Made by a program: the position numbers and the translations under genes. The notes under the pieces were generated by a model. That model saw nothing but the letters and a program-made list of their open reading frames with translations, was not told the origin of the DNA and made no database searches. From the NCBI GenBank assembly GCA_051003155.1, contig JBPCLO010000026.1, positions 1-64,000 of the forward strand: DNA of 64,000 nucleotides, given 5' to 3'. Origin of the DNA: Fimbriimonadales bacterium (GTDB lineage Bacteria; Armatimonadota; Fimbriimonadia; Fimbriimonadales; ATM1). Positions 1-8,167 of this stretch are shown one piece after another (the first letter of the stretch is position 1; each line of letters opens with the position of its first letter).

Positions 1-1088
1 TGCGAGTCGTTGTCGGTCAGCGAGCCCACATCGCCATAGAGCGTACGCCCGCGCTTCACAACTGCCGACTCCGGTGTTCCGATGATCGACGATAGTGGGT
101 TGCGGACGAGCTTCACTCGCGCGGGGCCCTCCACTTCATTGCCCTGCACCACGATGAATCTCCCGTCATCCGAGATGTCTGATGAAAAAGACACCAATGA
201 ATTGAACACACCGAGAAGGGACAAGCTCGATCCGTCCCATATCCGGAGCCATCCGTCTAACCCGGCTGTCGCCACGTGTCTGCTTTGTGCGTCGAACTGC
301 ATTGAGAGCCCGCTCGGATGAAACAAGGATGCCAGGAGGTCACCCTGCTCAACGTCGTATAGCAGGCCCATCCCACCGTATGGACCGTCCTGCCGGGCAA
401 AGGCGATGCGCGTGCCTCCGTGCGTGTATTGCAGGCTTCGCCAAGCAGCGTGGCCTTGACCCGCGACCGGGAACTGGCTTACCTGCGTTCCGTCTTCGGC
501 ATCGAGTTCCCTCATCATCTCGAATTGGTTGTCAACGAACGCGACGCCAGCGACGCGCGAACCGTCCGTAGTAACCGCTGTGTCCCATTCAGAAGGCATG
601 ACGAAGCCAAAGTCCACCGACCAAATGATGCTTCCATCCGAGACCCTCATCTTCCTGAGGTGATTATTTCCCGGGTCGGCGTAATACACATACTCGCCGG
701 TAGGGGAAAGGCGTCCGCGCAGACCAAATGGAATATCGCGGAGCAACGCACCGTCCGACAACCTGTAGACTCGGGTGCTCCATGTTTGGCCGTTGTCGAC
801 ATAAGAGACGAGGAAGCGCCCGTCGGAGGACAGCGAGGGATTAAATGCACGCCAGCCGTCCTCCATAACAATCTGTCCAGTGACTTCGCCGGTTTTCATA
901 TCCCTCATGACAAATCGGGGGTCCGGGCCTTGTCCAGAAACCAAGACGAAAGTACCATCGGACGAGATCTCGACCCACTCGACGAACCCCCCAGTATCGA
1001 CACTCCACACCTCTTCGAGCATCCCTTGTGCGTTGGCGGCGCATGCCACGAGGCATACTAGTAATGCGTGAAGCGCTCGACAGTTCAT
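1..1088 (-). CDS. Secreted WD40/beta-propeller protein entering the shared C-terminal domain; runs off the window start (partial)
   Basis: Not in the ORF track. Manual translation from ATG 1088 (GGAG upstream): signal peptide MNCRALHALLVCLVACAANAQ, propeller-like blades (ISSDGTFVLV, LSSDGRFLVS, VATAGLDGWLRIWD), ending at the edge in PESAVVKRGRTLYGDVGSLTDNDS. Confidence 0.8.
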   Translation of the reverse strand, partial: MNCRALHALLVCLVACAANAQGMLEEVWSVDTGGFVEWVEISSDGTFVLVSGQGPDPRFVMRDMKTGEVTGQIVMEDGWRAFNPSLSSDGRFLVSYVDNGQTWSTRVYRLSDGALLRDIPFGLRGRLSPTGEYVYYADPGNNHLRKMRVSDGSIIWSVDFGFVMPSEWDTAVTTDGSRVAGVAFVDNQFEMMRELDAEDGTQVSQFPVAGQGHAAWRSLQYTHGGTRIAFARQDGPYGGMGLLYDVEQGDLLASLFHPSGLSMQFDAQSRHVATAGLDGWLRIWDGSSLSLLGVFNSLVSFSSDISDDGRFIVVQGNEVEGPARVKLVRNPLSSIIGTPESAVVKRGRTLYGDVGSLTDNDS

Positions 1089-1258
1089 AGTTAATGGGAC
1101 TCCTTTGGTGGGGTCAGCGTTCACGCGAAAGGCTGGTTCGGTCAAACGGCAAATTCTCCCGATGATCATGTCTTGAAGTTCCCTCCGTCGCGCAGCTCTG
1201 CCCGCATAGTGGTTATATAGGATCGCGAAGAGCACGCGCTTTCTTTCTGTGTGTAGTG

Positions 1259-1387
1259 CTGCTGGCCGCTATGAACGCCTCGTGCCGGCGAACTGGTCGC
1301 GCCTGCTGGGTGCAGATCGACAACCGTCCATTGCGCTTCGGCGCACGTCATCATAAAGCACAATAGAGCGCCAAATAGACATTTCAT
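1259..1387 (-). pseudogene. N-terminal fragment of a paralog of the 5065-6510 repeat protein
   Basis: MKCLFGALLCFMMTCAEAQWTVVDLHPAGATSSPARGVHSGQQ aligns with ANAQWTVVNLHPAGATQSAAFG of 5065; similarity stops abruptly after GQQ. Confidence 0.8.
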
Positions 1388-2119
1388 TTCTATGTTCACC
1401 ATTGGCTACGCTTGGCCCGGGCAGCCACAATATACATACCATGGTCGCCCTTCCGCGGCCATCGCCACACCGCATCACGCCTCTGGGCGACTACCCTGTG
1501 AATGATCAGCTGATCCGTGTGCGCGTGACGGCCATCTTGCGTCGCTGGAGGGCCGCGGATACTTTGAGGAAAGTCTAAAGGCAGGGGAGGCCATAAGGGA
1601 TATGCCGCGCGCGCGTGCGCGCTTTTTATAGCGCCCATTTCGCCGCGTAGAATCTACCCAAGAGCAGGTGTATGTCCTGCCACCAACGGGCTGCTTCCAA
1701 GCCGCCATCACCTTTACTTTGCACGGAACAGCCTGTACAACCATACGCCAAGCAGTCCGGCTACGACGCCCAAGGCAAAGACGAGACAGGCGATTCGCTC
1801 AGTTGGGACGTGAGAAAGGCCAGGGCGCGGTTCACTTATCATAGACGACACATGAGGCGAACAGGAGTATCGGCGCAAGCGTGAGCGAGAGGCAAGATAA
1901 CACCAGAAGTCGTCGATTCACTTAGGGTCTATCTCTCCCACCGCCCGGGAAATCCTCCCGGTTGAGACTGCGTCGCGAATGTTGCGGTTTGTCCTCGTTC
2001 TTGTTTTGTCACCAATCGCCACGACTCCCCGGTCTTCGTATGGCCCTGGCTAGCCCGCATCGACCAGCGAAATGATTCGCAACGTGAAGTAGCGTAGATG
2101 CTTAGGATTAGGCTGTCTT

Positions 2120-2803
2120 TCATCCCGGGAAGGTCCACCAAGCCTTGTCGATGCGGCCGAGCCAAGGGTAGATGAAGGTCGCTCCGACGGTGCGGTAGCT
2201 GACCCGTGCCCTAATGGCCATGGTAACGGGTTGTATGAAGCGGGATGTATCGGTCGTGACGTTCACGTTGACGGTGTCGTCGGACGTCGTCGCCAAGCGC
2301 GTGTCGAGGACCTCGTACTGGCCGGTCACATAGTTGAAGAGCGATATCTTCTGCTCGGCATTGGCGATGTTCGCGTTCGACTCTAGCGAGAAACTGAAGC
2401 CGCTCGGGGAGAAAGTCGGCGCGGTCGAGTCGAGGATGACCTGGATCGGCGGCTCACCCGACGAGAACACTGCCCCCGGCCTCATCACGAGGCGATCGTC
2501 GTCGCTATCCTGCAGCGATCCCAAATTGCCCGAGATCACGGAGCCGCGGAACATGCTGTAGGACGTCGGCTCAAAGGAGCGGGACGCCCACATCAACGCC
2601 TCGTAGCGCTGGGTCATCCAGATGACAGTGCCCAGGACATAAAACGGCGTGCTCTCTCCCCAGACGAACTCGCCGATCAGGAGCGCTAGCCACACTAAGG
2701 CGAGCACCAACATCGGGACCTCCAACCAATCCTGCACGCGCTGCACGAGTTTGGACCGCTCCTTCTCCAGCTGCTGCTCTTCGATATCGTTGCGTAGGTT
2801 CAT
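2120..2803 (-). CDS. Chimeric ORF: ion-transporter-like N-terminus (2 TM) fused in frame to the shared C-terminal domain
   Basis: ATG 2803 with AGGA upstream. WLEVPMLVLALVWLALLIGEFVWG..LGTVIW resembles the first helices of ion-transport/K+ channel proteins. From RYEALMW onward it is closely similar to the C-terminus of 5065-6510. Confidence 0.65.
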   Translation of the reverse strand: MNLRNDIEEQQLEKERSKLVQRVQDWLEVPMLVLALVWLALLIGEFVWGESTPFYVLGTVIWMTQRYEALMWASRSFEPTSYSMFRGSVISGNLGSLQDSDDDRLVMRPGAVFSSGEPPIQVILDSTAPTFSPSGFSFSLESNANIANAEQKISLFNYVTGQYEVLDTRLATTSDDTVNVNVTTDTSRFIQPVTMAIRARVSYRTVGATFIYPWLGRIDKAWWTFPG

Positions 2804-2946
2804 GTCCTTTCCTACGGCTCGCTTGCGCGGTGTTGACAGGGGGGCTTGCAACGCGCTCTCTCGGCGTCGACTACTTGCTGCGTGGAATGGATGTACGCCT
2901 GGCGGCCACTGGCAAGGCTGCCCAAAGTATGAACACGGCGCGGAAC

Positions 2947-3010
2947 TCAAGCGGTTTAGGACATCGCCCTCTCACGGCGAAGATCGCGGGTTCGAATCCC
3001 ATCGGGAGTA
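2947..3010 (+). pseudogene. tRNA-Glu(CTC) relic lacking the 5' acceptor strand; possible att site
   Basis: D-loop AGCGGTTTAG, anticodon arm TCGCC-CTCTCAC-GGCGA, GGTTCGAATCC, 3' CGGGAGTA. No complementary 5' strand upstream, one C-A mismatch in the T-stem, no CCA. Confidence 0.75.
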
Positions 3011-3087
3011 CACCCCTTCTTGAACCTGTTTTGAGTTCAGCGACCGGACGGGATTCGAACGGCTCCGGGTTCTGTCTATCTCTTTGT

Positions 3088-4272
3088 TCAAAGGTCTGGC
3101 ACAGGTTCATCGGATGGCGGGGGAGAAGGTGCTAACAAGGCTTTTAGCGCTGGGGGCGCGATGACCGAAGTTAAGAGCGACATGGCAATGATGACGGCGT
3201 AGGTGGACGCCCCGAAGACGCCCGCCTGCTTTCCGAGGCTGGCGATGATGATGCCGACCTCGCCGCGCGGCACCATGCCGACGCCGACGATGAGGGCGCT
3301 CTTCTTGCCCAGCGAGCGGGCGGCTAGGCCGCAGCCGACGAGCTTGCTGATTATTGCGAGGGCGGTAACGATCAGGACGGCGGCGATCACGGGCCACTGG
3401 CCGAGCAGGGGGAGGTCGACGTAGGAGCCGGTCAGCACGAAGAAGAAGGGGAGGAGGAGGGCCATGAGGGGGCGGGTGTTGCGCTCCAGTTCCTCTCGAT
3501 GCTGCGTTTCGGCGAGGATCATCCCGGCCAGGAATGCGCCGATGATCGCGGCGAGGCCGATGTACGACGCGGCGACGCCGAGGCCGAGGCAGATCGCCAG
3601 CGAGATCGAAAGTGGCGACTCGGCGTCCATCGGCGCTTCCATCAGCTGGGAAGAGCGCTTCATGATCTTTGTGCCGAGCACGGCGACGACCATCACGAAG
3701 CCCGCCGCCTGGGCGAGGACGAGGAGGAGGTTAATGACGTCCACGCCGCCCTGGGTCTGGAGGGCGGTGACGACGCCGAGCAGGAGCATGGCGAGCACGT
3801 CGTCGATGATCGCCGCGCCGAGGATGACGCGCGCCTCGATGCGGGCGAGCGCTCCGAGCTCTTGGAGGACGCGGGCGGTGATCCCGGCGGACGTGGCGAC
3901 GAAGGCGGCGGCGACGAACGCGGCCTTCTCGATCGGGAATCCCGACAAGAGCGCCCAGCCAATGCCGAGCGCGAAGGGGACGACAACTCCTGCCGTGCCG
4001 ACGCCCGCCGCTACTTTGCCGACTTTTCTTAGGTCTCCCAGGCGCGTCTCTAGGCCGACGGAGAAGAGGAGAAGGATCGCGCCGATCTCCGCAAGGACGA
4101 TGAGCGGCTCGTTGGGCTTCATCCAGGCGAGGGCGGATGGACCGATGGCGACGCCTGCCGCGATCTGGCCGACCAGGGCGGGCAAGCGGAGCCGCTGCGC
4201 GATCTCGGAGCCGACCAGCCCGGCTACGAAGACGACAAAGAGGCTAAGAAGAATCTCGGTGCCGTGGTCCAT
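3088..4272 (-). CDS. Cation:proton antiporter (CPA2, Na_H_Exchanger family)
   Basis: About 12 TM helices; LLFSVGLET, ATSAGIT, AAIIDD, GAFLAG and GMVPRGEV motifs. Confidence 0.92.
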   Translation of the reverse strand: MDHGTEILLSLFVVFVAGLVGSEIAQRLRLPALVGQIAAGVAIGPSALAWMKPNEPLIVLAEIGAILLLFSVGLETRLGDLRKVGKVAAGVGTAGVVVPFALGIGWALLSGFPIEKAAFVAAAFVATSAGITARVLQELGALARIEARVILGAAIIDDVLAMLLLGVVTALQTQGGVDVINLLLVLAQAAGFVMVVAVLGTKIMKRSSQLMEAPMDAESPLSISLAICLGLGVAASYIGLAAIIGAFLAGMILAETQHREELERNTRPLMALLLPFFFVLTGSYVDLPLLGQWPVIAAVLIVTALAIISKLVGCGLAARSLGKKSALIVGVGMVPRGEVGIIIASLGKQAGVFGASTYAVIIAMSLLTSVIAPPALKALLAPSPPPSDEPVPDL

Positions 4273-4292
4273 CTATTTCTGGGCGAGCGCGA

Positions 4293-4682
4293 TCACTTGC
4301 CAACCGCCAGGCGAGCAAAGTGGAGCCCCACGAAGCATGCTGCCATGCTCAGAGCCACGCTCAAAATTGCATAGATGCACGTTACGGCAAGACGCCCCTC
4401 TTCAAGCAGCGTGACCCCCCTCTGCGGCGAAGGCTGAGAAGGTAGTGAATCCACCGGCGAACCCGACTGCAATCAACAGTCGCCAACCCGTTCCCCAACC
4501 CTTAGCGAGTGCTAGTGCCATGAACGCACCCAAGACGAGTGAGCCCGAGACATTGATCATCAGCGTGTGCCATGGGATAGTTGGCGTCCACTTGCCCGTG
4601 TACAGTGGCCGAACCAGTACCGCGCATTCGCGCCGACTGCCGCGCCGAGCCCAATGATGAGGCTGCTCTTGAGGGGTTCCAT
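4293..4682 (-). pseudogene. crcB: Fluoride channel CrcB/FluC with two frameshifts
   Basis: Three frames give MEPLKSSLIIGLGAAVGANARYWFG / IPWHTLMINVSGSLVLG..GFAGGFTTFSAF / VTLLEEGRLAVTCIYAILSVALSMAACFVG..K*. Shifts lie near 4608 and in the C-run near 4415. Confidence 0.85.
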
Positions 4683-5064
4683 CCCTCATTATGGATGGAC
4701 AAGGCTTAGCGTGGGGTAAGACTCAAAGCGGTTCTAAGCGCGTACACTTCGGGAGCGACTGGGGTGGCATGGGTAACCGCTCGCCGCGCCTTCGCCTTCA
4801 CCTACCCCCGCGCGGTTAGCCGTGATACGTGCCGCGGGGCCGTGCCGTGAAGTAAAGTCATGAGGTTCGTCGCTTACCGACCGAGGCGATGCGGCGCATG
4901 ATGCCTCCGGCTTGACCTGGGACGAGTGGCGGGACACGCAGTAGAACAAGGAAATTGGAGTCGCTTTTCGTCTGGGTGTCTATCTTCGAACTGAGGTACG
5001 AAGATAGACCAGTCGGTCTGGATTACCATCAGGTACTTACCTTCCCGAAATAAGGAGAACATCA

Positions 5065-6510
5065 ATGAAATATGCAGCCGGCGCCATTGCCCTCTTCCTC
5101 GCGGCATGCGCGAACGCCCAATGGACGGTGGTCAACCTGCACCCCGCGGGAGCGACTCAATCGGCTGCGTTCGGTATAGACGGCGGCCTGCAGGGGGGCT
5201 ATGCCGAGGTGGGCGGCGTCGTTCGCGCCAGCTTATGGACCGGGACGGCCGGCTCATGGGTCGATTTGCACCCCGCCGGGGCGCGTGAATCCCTTGTCTA
5301 CGGCGTGGGTGGCGGCCAGCAGGTGGGCTACGCCGGAGTAGGCCGCAATCTACACGCCAGCTTGTGGTCTGGCACGGCAGGCTCTTGGGTGGACCTGAAT
5401 CCCTCAGAGGCCGTTCAGTCGGAGGCCTTCGGCGTGCACAGCGGCCAGCAGGCGGGCTATGCCATCGTGGGCGGCGATCATCACGCCAGCCTCTGGAGCG
5501 GCACGGCCAAGTCTTGGGTAGACCTAAACCCGGCCGGGTCGGCTGGTTCGTGGGCCTTTGGCGTTGGCGGCGGCCAGCAGGTGGGCTTTGCTTCCGCTGA
5601 CGGCGTCGCTCGGGCCAGCCTCTGGAGCGGCACGGCCAACTCGTGGGTCGACCTAAACCCAGCCGGGTCAAGTGGTTCGCTGGCCTTCGCGGTGAGCAAC
5701 GGCCAGCAGGTGGGCACTGCCAATGTGGGCGACTACACTAACGCAAGCCTTTGGACCGGTTCGGCTGACTCGTGGGTGAACCTACACTCCGGAGGAGCGA
5801 ACCACTCGTATGCCTACGCCGTGCACGATGGCCAGCAGGTCGGATTTCTCGCAGTCTTCAACGGAACGCTGCGAGCCAGCCTTTGGACCGGCACTGCCGG
5901 GTCGCGGGTGGACCTTCAAAGATTCCTGCCACCGCAATTCGATTCGTCCGTGGCCCGCGGCGTCTGGCGGGATGGCGCATTCACGTATGTGGTCGGATTC
6001 GGGCACAACCCCAAGGTTCCGCGCTACGAGGCGCTGATGTGGGTTTCCAGAGCAAGCGCGCCCGCCTCCTACAGCATGTTCCGAGGCTCGGTGATCTCGG
6101 GCAACCTGGCATCGCTGCAGGAGAGCGACGACAACAGGCTGGTCATAAGACCCGGGGCGGTGTTCTCCAATGCCGAGCCCCCCATACAGATCATTCTCGA
6201 CGCGAGGGCGCCGACTTCTTCACCGAGCGCGTTTAGCTTCTCGCTGGAGTCGAACGCGAGCATCGCCAACGCCGAACAAAGGATTTCGCTCTACAACTAT
6301 GTGACCGGCTTGTACGAAGTTCTCGACACGCGCCCGGCCACGATTTCTGATGACACAGTCAACGTGACTGTCAACAGCAACCCGTCGCGCTTCATCCAAC
6401 ACCTCTCCCTAGCTATTCGAGCCCGGGTCAGCTACCGCGCCGTCGGCTCGGCGTTCGTCTACCCCTGGCTCAGCAGTATCGACCGGGCTTGGTGGGCCTT
6501 CCCGGGATAG
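5065..6510 (+). CDS. Secreted protein with ~7 tandem ~43-aa repeats (probable beta-propeller) plus the shared C-terminal domain
   Basis: AAGGAG RBS, signal peptide, repeats WVDL(H/N)PAG..S.A.GV.GGQQVG.A.....ASLW(S/T)GTA.S, then a ~150-aa domain ending IDRAWWAFPG. Confidence 0.88.
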   Translation: MKYAAGAIALFLAACANAQWTVVNLHPAGATQSAAFGIDGGLQGGYAEVGGVVRASLWTGTAGSWVDLHPAGARESLVYGVGGGQQVGYAGVGRNLHASLWSGTAGSWVDLNPSEAVQSEAFGVHSGQQAGYAIVGGDHHASLWSGTAKSWVDLNPAGSAGSWAFGVGGGQQVGFASADGVARASLWSGTANSWVDLNPAGSSGSLAFAVSNGQQVGTANVGDYTNASLWTGSADSWVNLHSGGANHSYAYAVHDGQQVGFLAVFNGTLRASLWTGTAGSRVDLQRFLPPQFDSSVARGVWRDGAFTYVVGFGHNPKVPRYEALMWVSRASAPASYSMFRGSVISGNLASLQESDDNRLVIRPGAVFSNAEPPIQIILDARAPTSSPSAFSFSLESNASIANAEQRISLYNYVTGLYEVLDTRPATISDDTVNVTVNSNPSRFIQHLSLAIRARVSYRAVGSAFVYPWLSSIDRAWWAFPG

Positions 6511-6634
6511 GGCGGCCGGAGCCGTTGCGTTGGACGTGCTTGTGGCCAATCAGGACGGCCACCAAATATCCGATAGGGAGACCATCAAGAGTGGCCTCAA
6601 CGAGCGGACCAGGTCGAGACGGATGTGCCGGCAC

Positions 6635-7117
6635 TTATCCTGTGATATTTACTTGCTTCTCGGCGATATTTAGCTGCACGTTTGGCAGGTTCAGCTTTCG
6701 GATCCGAGCCAATGACTCGATGCTTCGAATAAGGCGGGCTTGGGCAGAATCGTAGCGCCGCTCCAGATACAACCCCTCTTCTATAGAGCGCTGGCCCGCA
6801 GATACATTCTCGAGCCTCAGTCCCGCCACCGAGCACTGCACCCAACACGTGAGTATCTGCTCGATCAGCAGTCGCTCGACCCCGCTCGCCAGGGCAAAGC
6901 CCAATTCTTCCCGCCTTCGTTCGAGCCCCACGACGACGCTCTGGTAGCCAGCCGTGTTATCCCGCAAATACTCTACGGCGTGCGCCACAACCTGCTCGCA
7001 CAGGTCGCCCAAGACTCTCCACGCATCGGGTTTGTCGCGCAAAATCCTTCCCAGCTCCGTCAGCTCGTTCTTTATCGAGCTTGCGGCCATTGGCCGCGTC
7101 CAAAAATGACCTCTCAT
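6635..7117 (-). CDS. Hypothetical helical protein, probably from a mobile-element relic
   Basis: ERLLIEQILTCW..ERRYDSAQARLIRSIESLARIRKL..VQLNIAEKQVN; ATGA overlap with the upstream gene. Confidence 0.6.
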   Translation of the reverse strand: MRGHFWTRPMAASSIKNELTELGRILRDKPDAWRVLGDLCEQVVAHAVEYLRDNTAGYQSVVVGLERRREELGFALASGVERLLIEQILTCWVQCSVAGLRLENVSAGQRSIEEGLYLERRYDSAQARLIRSIESLARIRKLNLPNVQLNIAEKQVNITG

Positions 7118-7420
7118 GTTTGGTCAGGTTTGCGTCGTTTCCGCCAGCTTCCTTTATGTTTGTGGTAGCCACATTCGTATAGACGAAGTTCCACTGCTTT
7201 CTCGAACCGATTTCTCCAAATTTCGCAGCTCGCGATCCACCTCGAGATCCTCCGCCCGTTCGGACGTCGTTGCCTTGCGCGCCTGCAATGCGGCCTCGAC
7301 ACCCTCGGCGATCAGCTCTGCTTGGGGTCCGGTGCCGATGTAGATGCTGGAAACCTTTCCGCCTATTCGCATCTTCGCGTAGTAGTAGCTCCGTCCGTTT
7401 CTGCGCGTTTCCCAACCCAT
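7114..7420 (-). pseudogene. Small basic hypothetical protein, frameshifted
   Basis: MGWETRRNGRSYYYAKMRIGGKVSSIYIGTG.. continues into AVELRLYECGYHKHKGSWRKRRK if one base of the run at ~7198-7200 is removed. Confidence 0.6.
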
Positions 7421-7622
7421 GTTGTGACCCATGTTGTGCTACACCTCTGTGTTATCCCCGCTTGTCCACATTTCAACCAATCGTACCACGGGTTAGCGGC
7501 GAGACGCGAAATCGTCGTCACGTCACACAAACCCTGGCTCGTAGCTGTTGTAATGACGACAATCACTGTCGATCCTCGTCGACGCGGCCGAGGAGGGTGC
7601 TTGCGACGCCATAATGCCGGGC

Positions 7623-8084
7623 ATGGATTCATTTGCACTTCTCGAAAGCTTGACCCGTCGCCAACTCGATACTTTCTTCGAAGCCGTCCATGCCGTGCCG
7701 GCCGACAAGCTGGACTGGCAGCCCACGCCCAAGTCGCGCAGCGCGCTCGATCAGCTCCAGGAGGTCGCGGCGGTGTTCCGGTCGATTCCCGAGACCGTCA
7801 AGAACCGCCGCCTCGACTTTACTCCGGAGATGTTCGCGCAATACGAAACCGACCGCAAGAAGGTGAGCGACCCCGCCGAGCTCGAACGTATGACTCGCGA
7901 AGGCACCGAGGAACTTCTGAGTTTTATGCGCACCGTGGGCGAGAACGAGCTTACGGATAAGGTCGAGATGCCTTGGCCCGGCGAGTACAAAGTCGCCGAC
8001 GTCCTGGCCTACCACTACTGGAACATGGCCTACCACGAGGGGCAGATTTACTACATCTCGACGTTGCTCGACGGCAAGGCATGA
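7623..8084 (+). CDS. DinB/YfiT-like four-helix-bundle protein
   Basis: LDWQP..RSALDQLQEV and YHYWNMAYHEGQI pattern; CATAAT lies 7 nt before ATG 7623 (alternative ATG at 7614). Confidence 0.8.
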   Translation: MDSFALLESLTRRQLDTFFEAVHAVPADKLDWQPTPKSRSALDQLQEVAAVFRSIPETVKNRRLDFTPEMFAQYETDRKKVSDPAELERMTREGTEELLSFMRTVGENELTDKVEMPWPGEYKVADVLAYHYWNMAYHEGQIYYISTLLDGKA

Positions 8085-8167
8085 GAACGCTCGACAGGTA
8101 AACTCGGTACCCACCGCCGCACTCCGACACTTTAGCCGGACTGCAACTTAGACCCAAAAGGAGCACT

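Noticed and set aside
1690..1922. Small membrane-protein gene on the minus strand
   Set aside because: The hydrophobic stretches are split across frames with a stop, and no family is recognisable.
2937..3013. Functional tRNA-Glu
   Set aside because: The acceptor stem cannot pair and the T-stem has a mismatch.
3464..4414. Long antisense ORFs here and opposite ppdK, rpoB, rpoC, topA and pepF
   Set aside because: They are shadow ORFs caused by high-GC codon bias on the real coding strand.
5120..5920. ~129-bp DNA repeats as a non-coding array or DGR template
   Set aside because: They are explained by the in-frame protein repeats; there is no reverse transcriptase and I saw no adenine-specific variation.
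7450..7472. DnaA boxes / replication origin (TTATCCCCG, TTGTCCACA)
   Set aside because: Only two imperfect boxes, with no AT-rich unwinding element or dnaA context.
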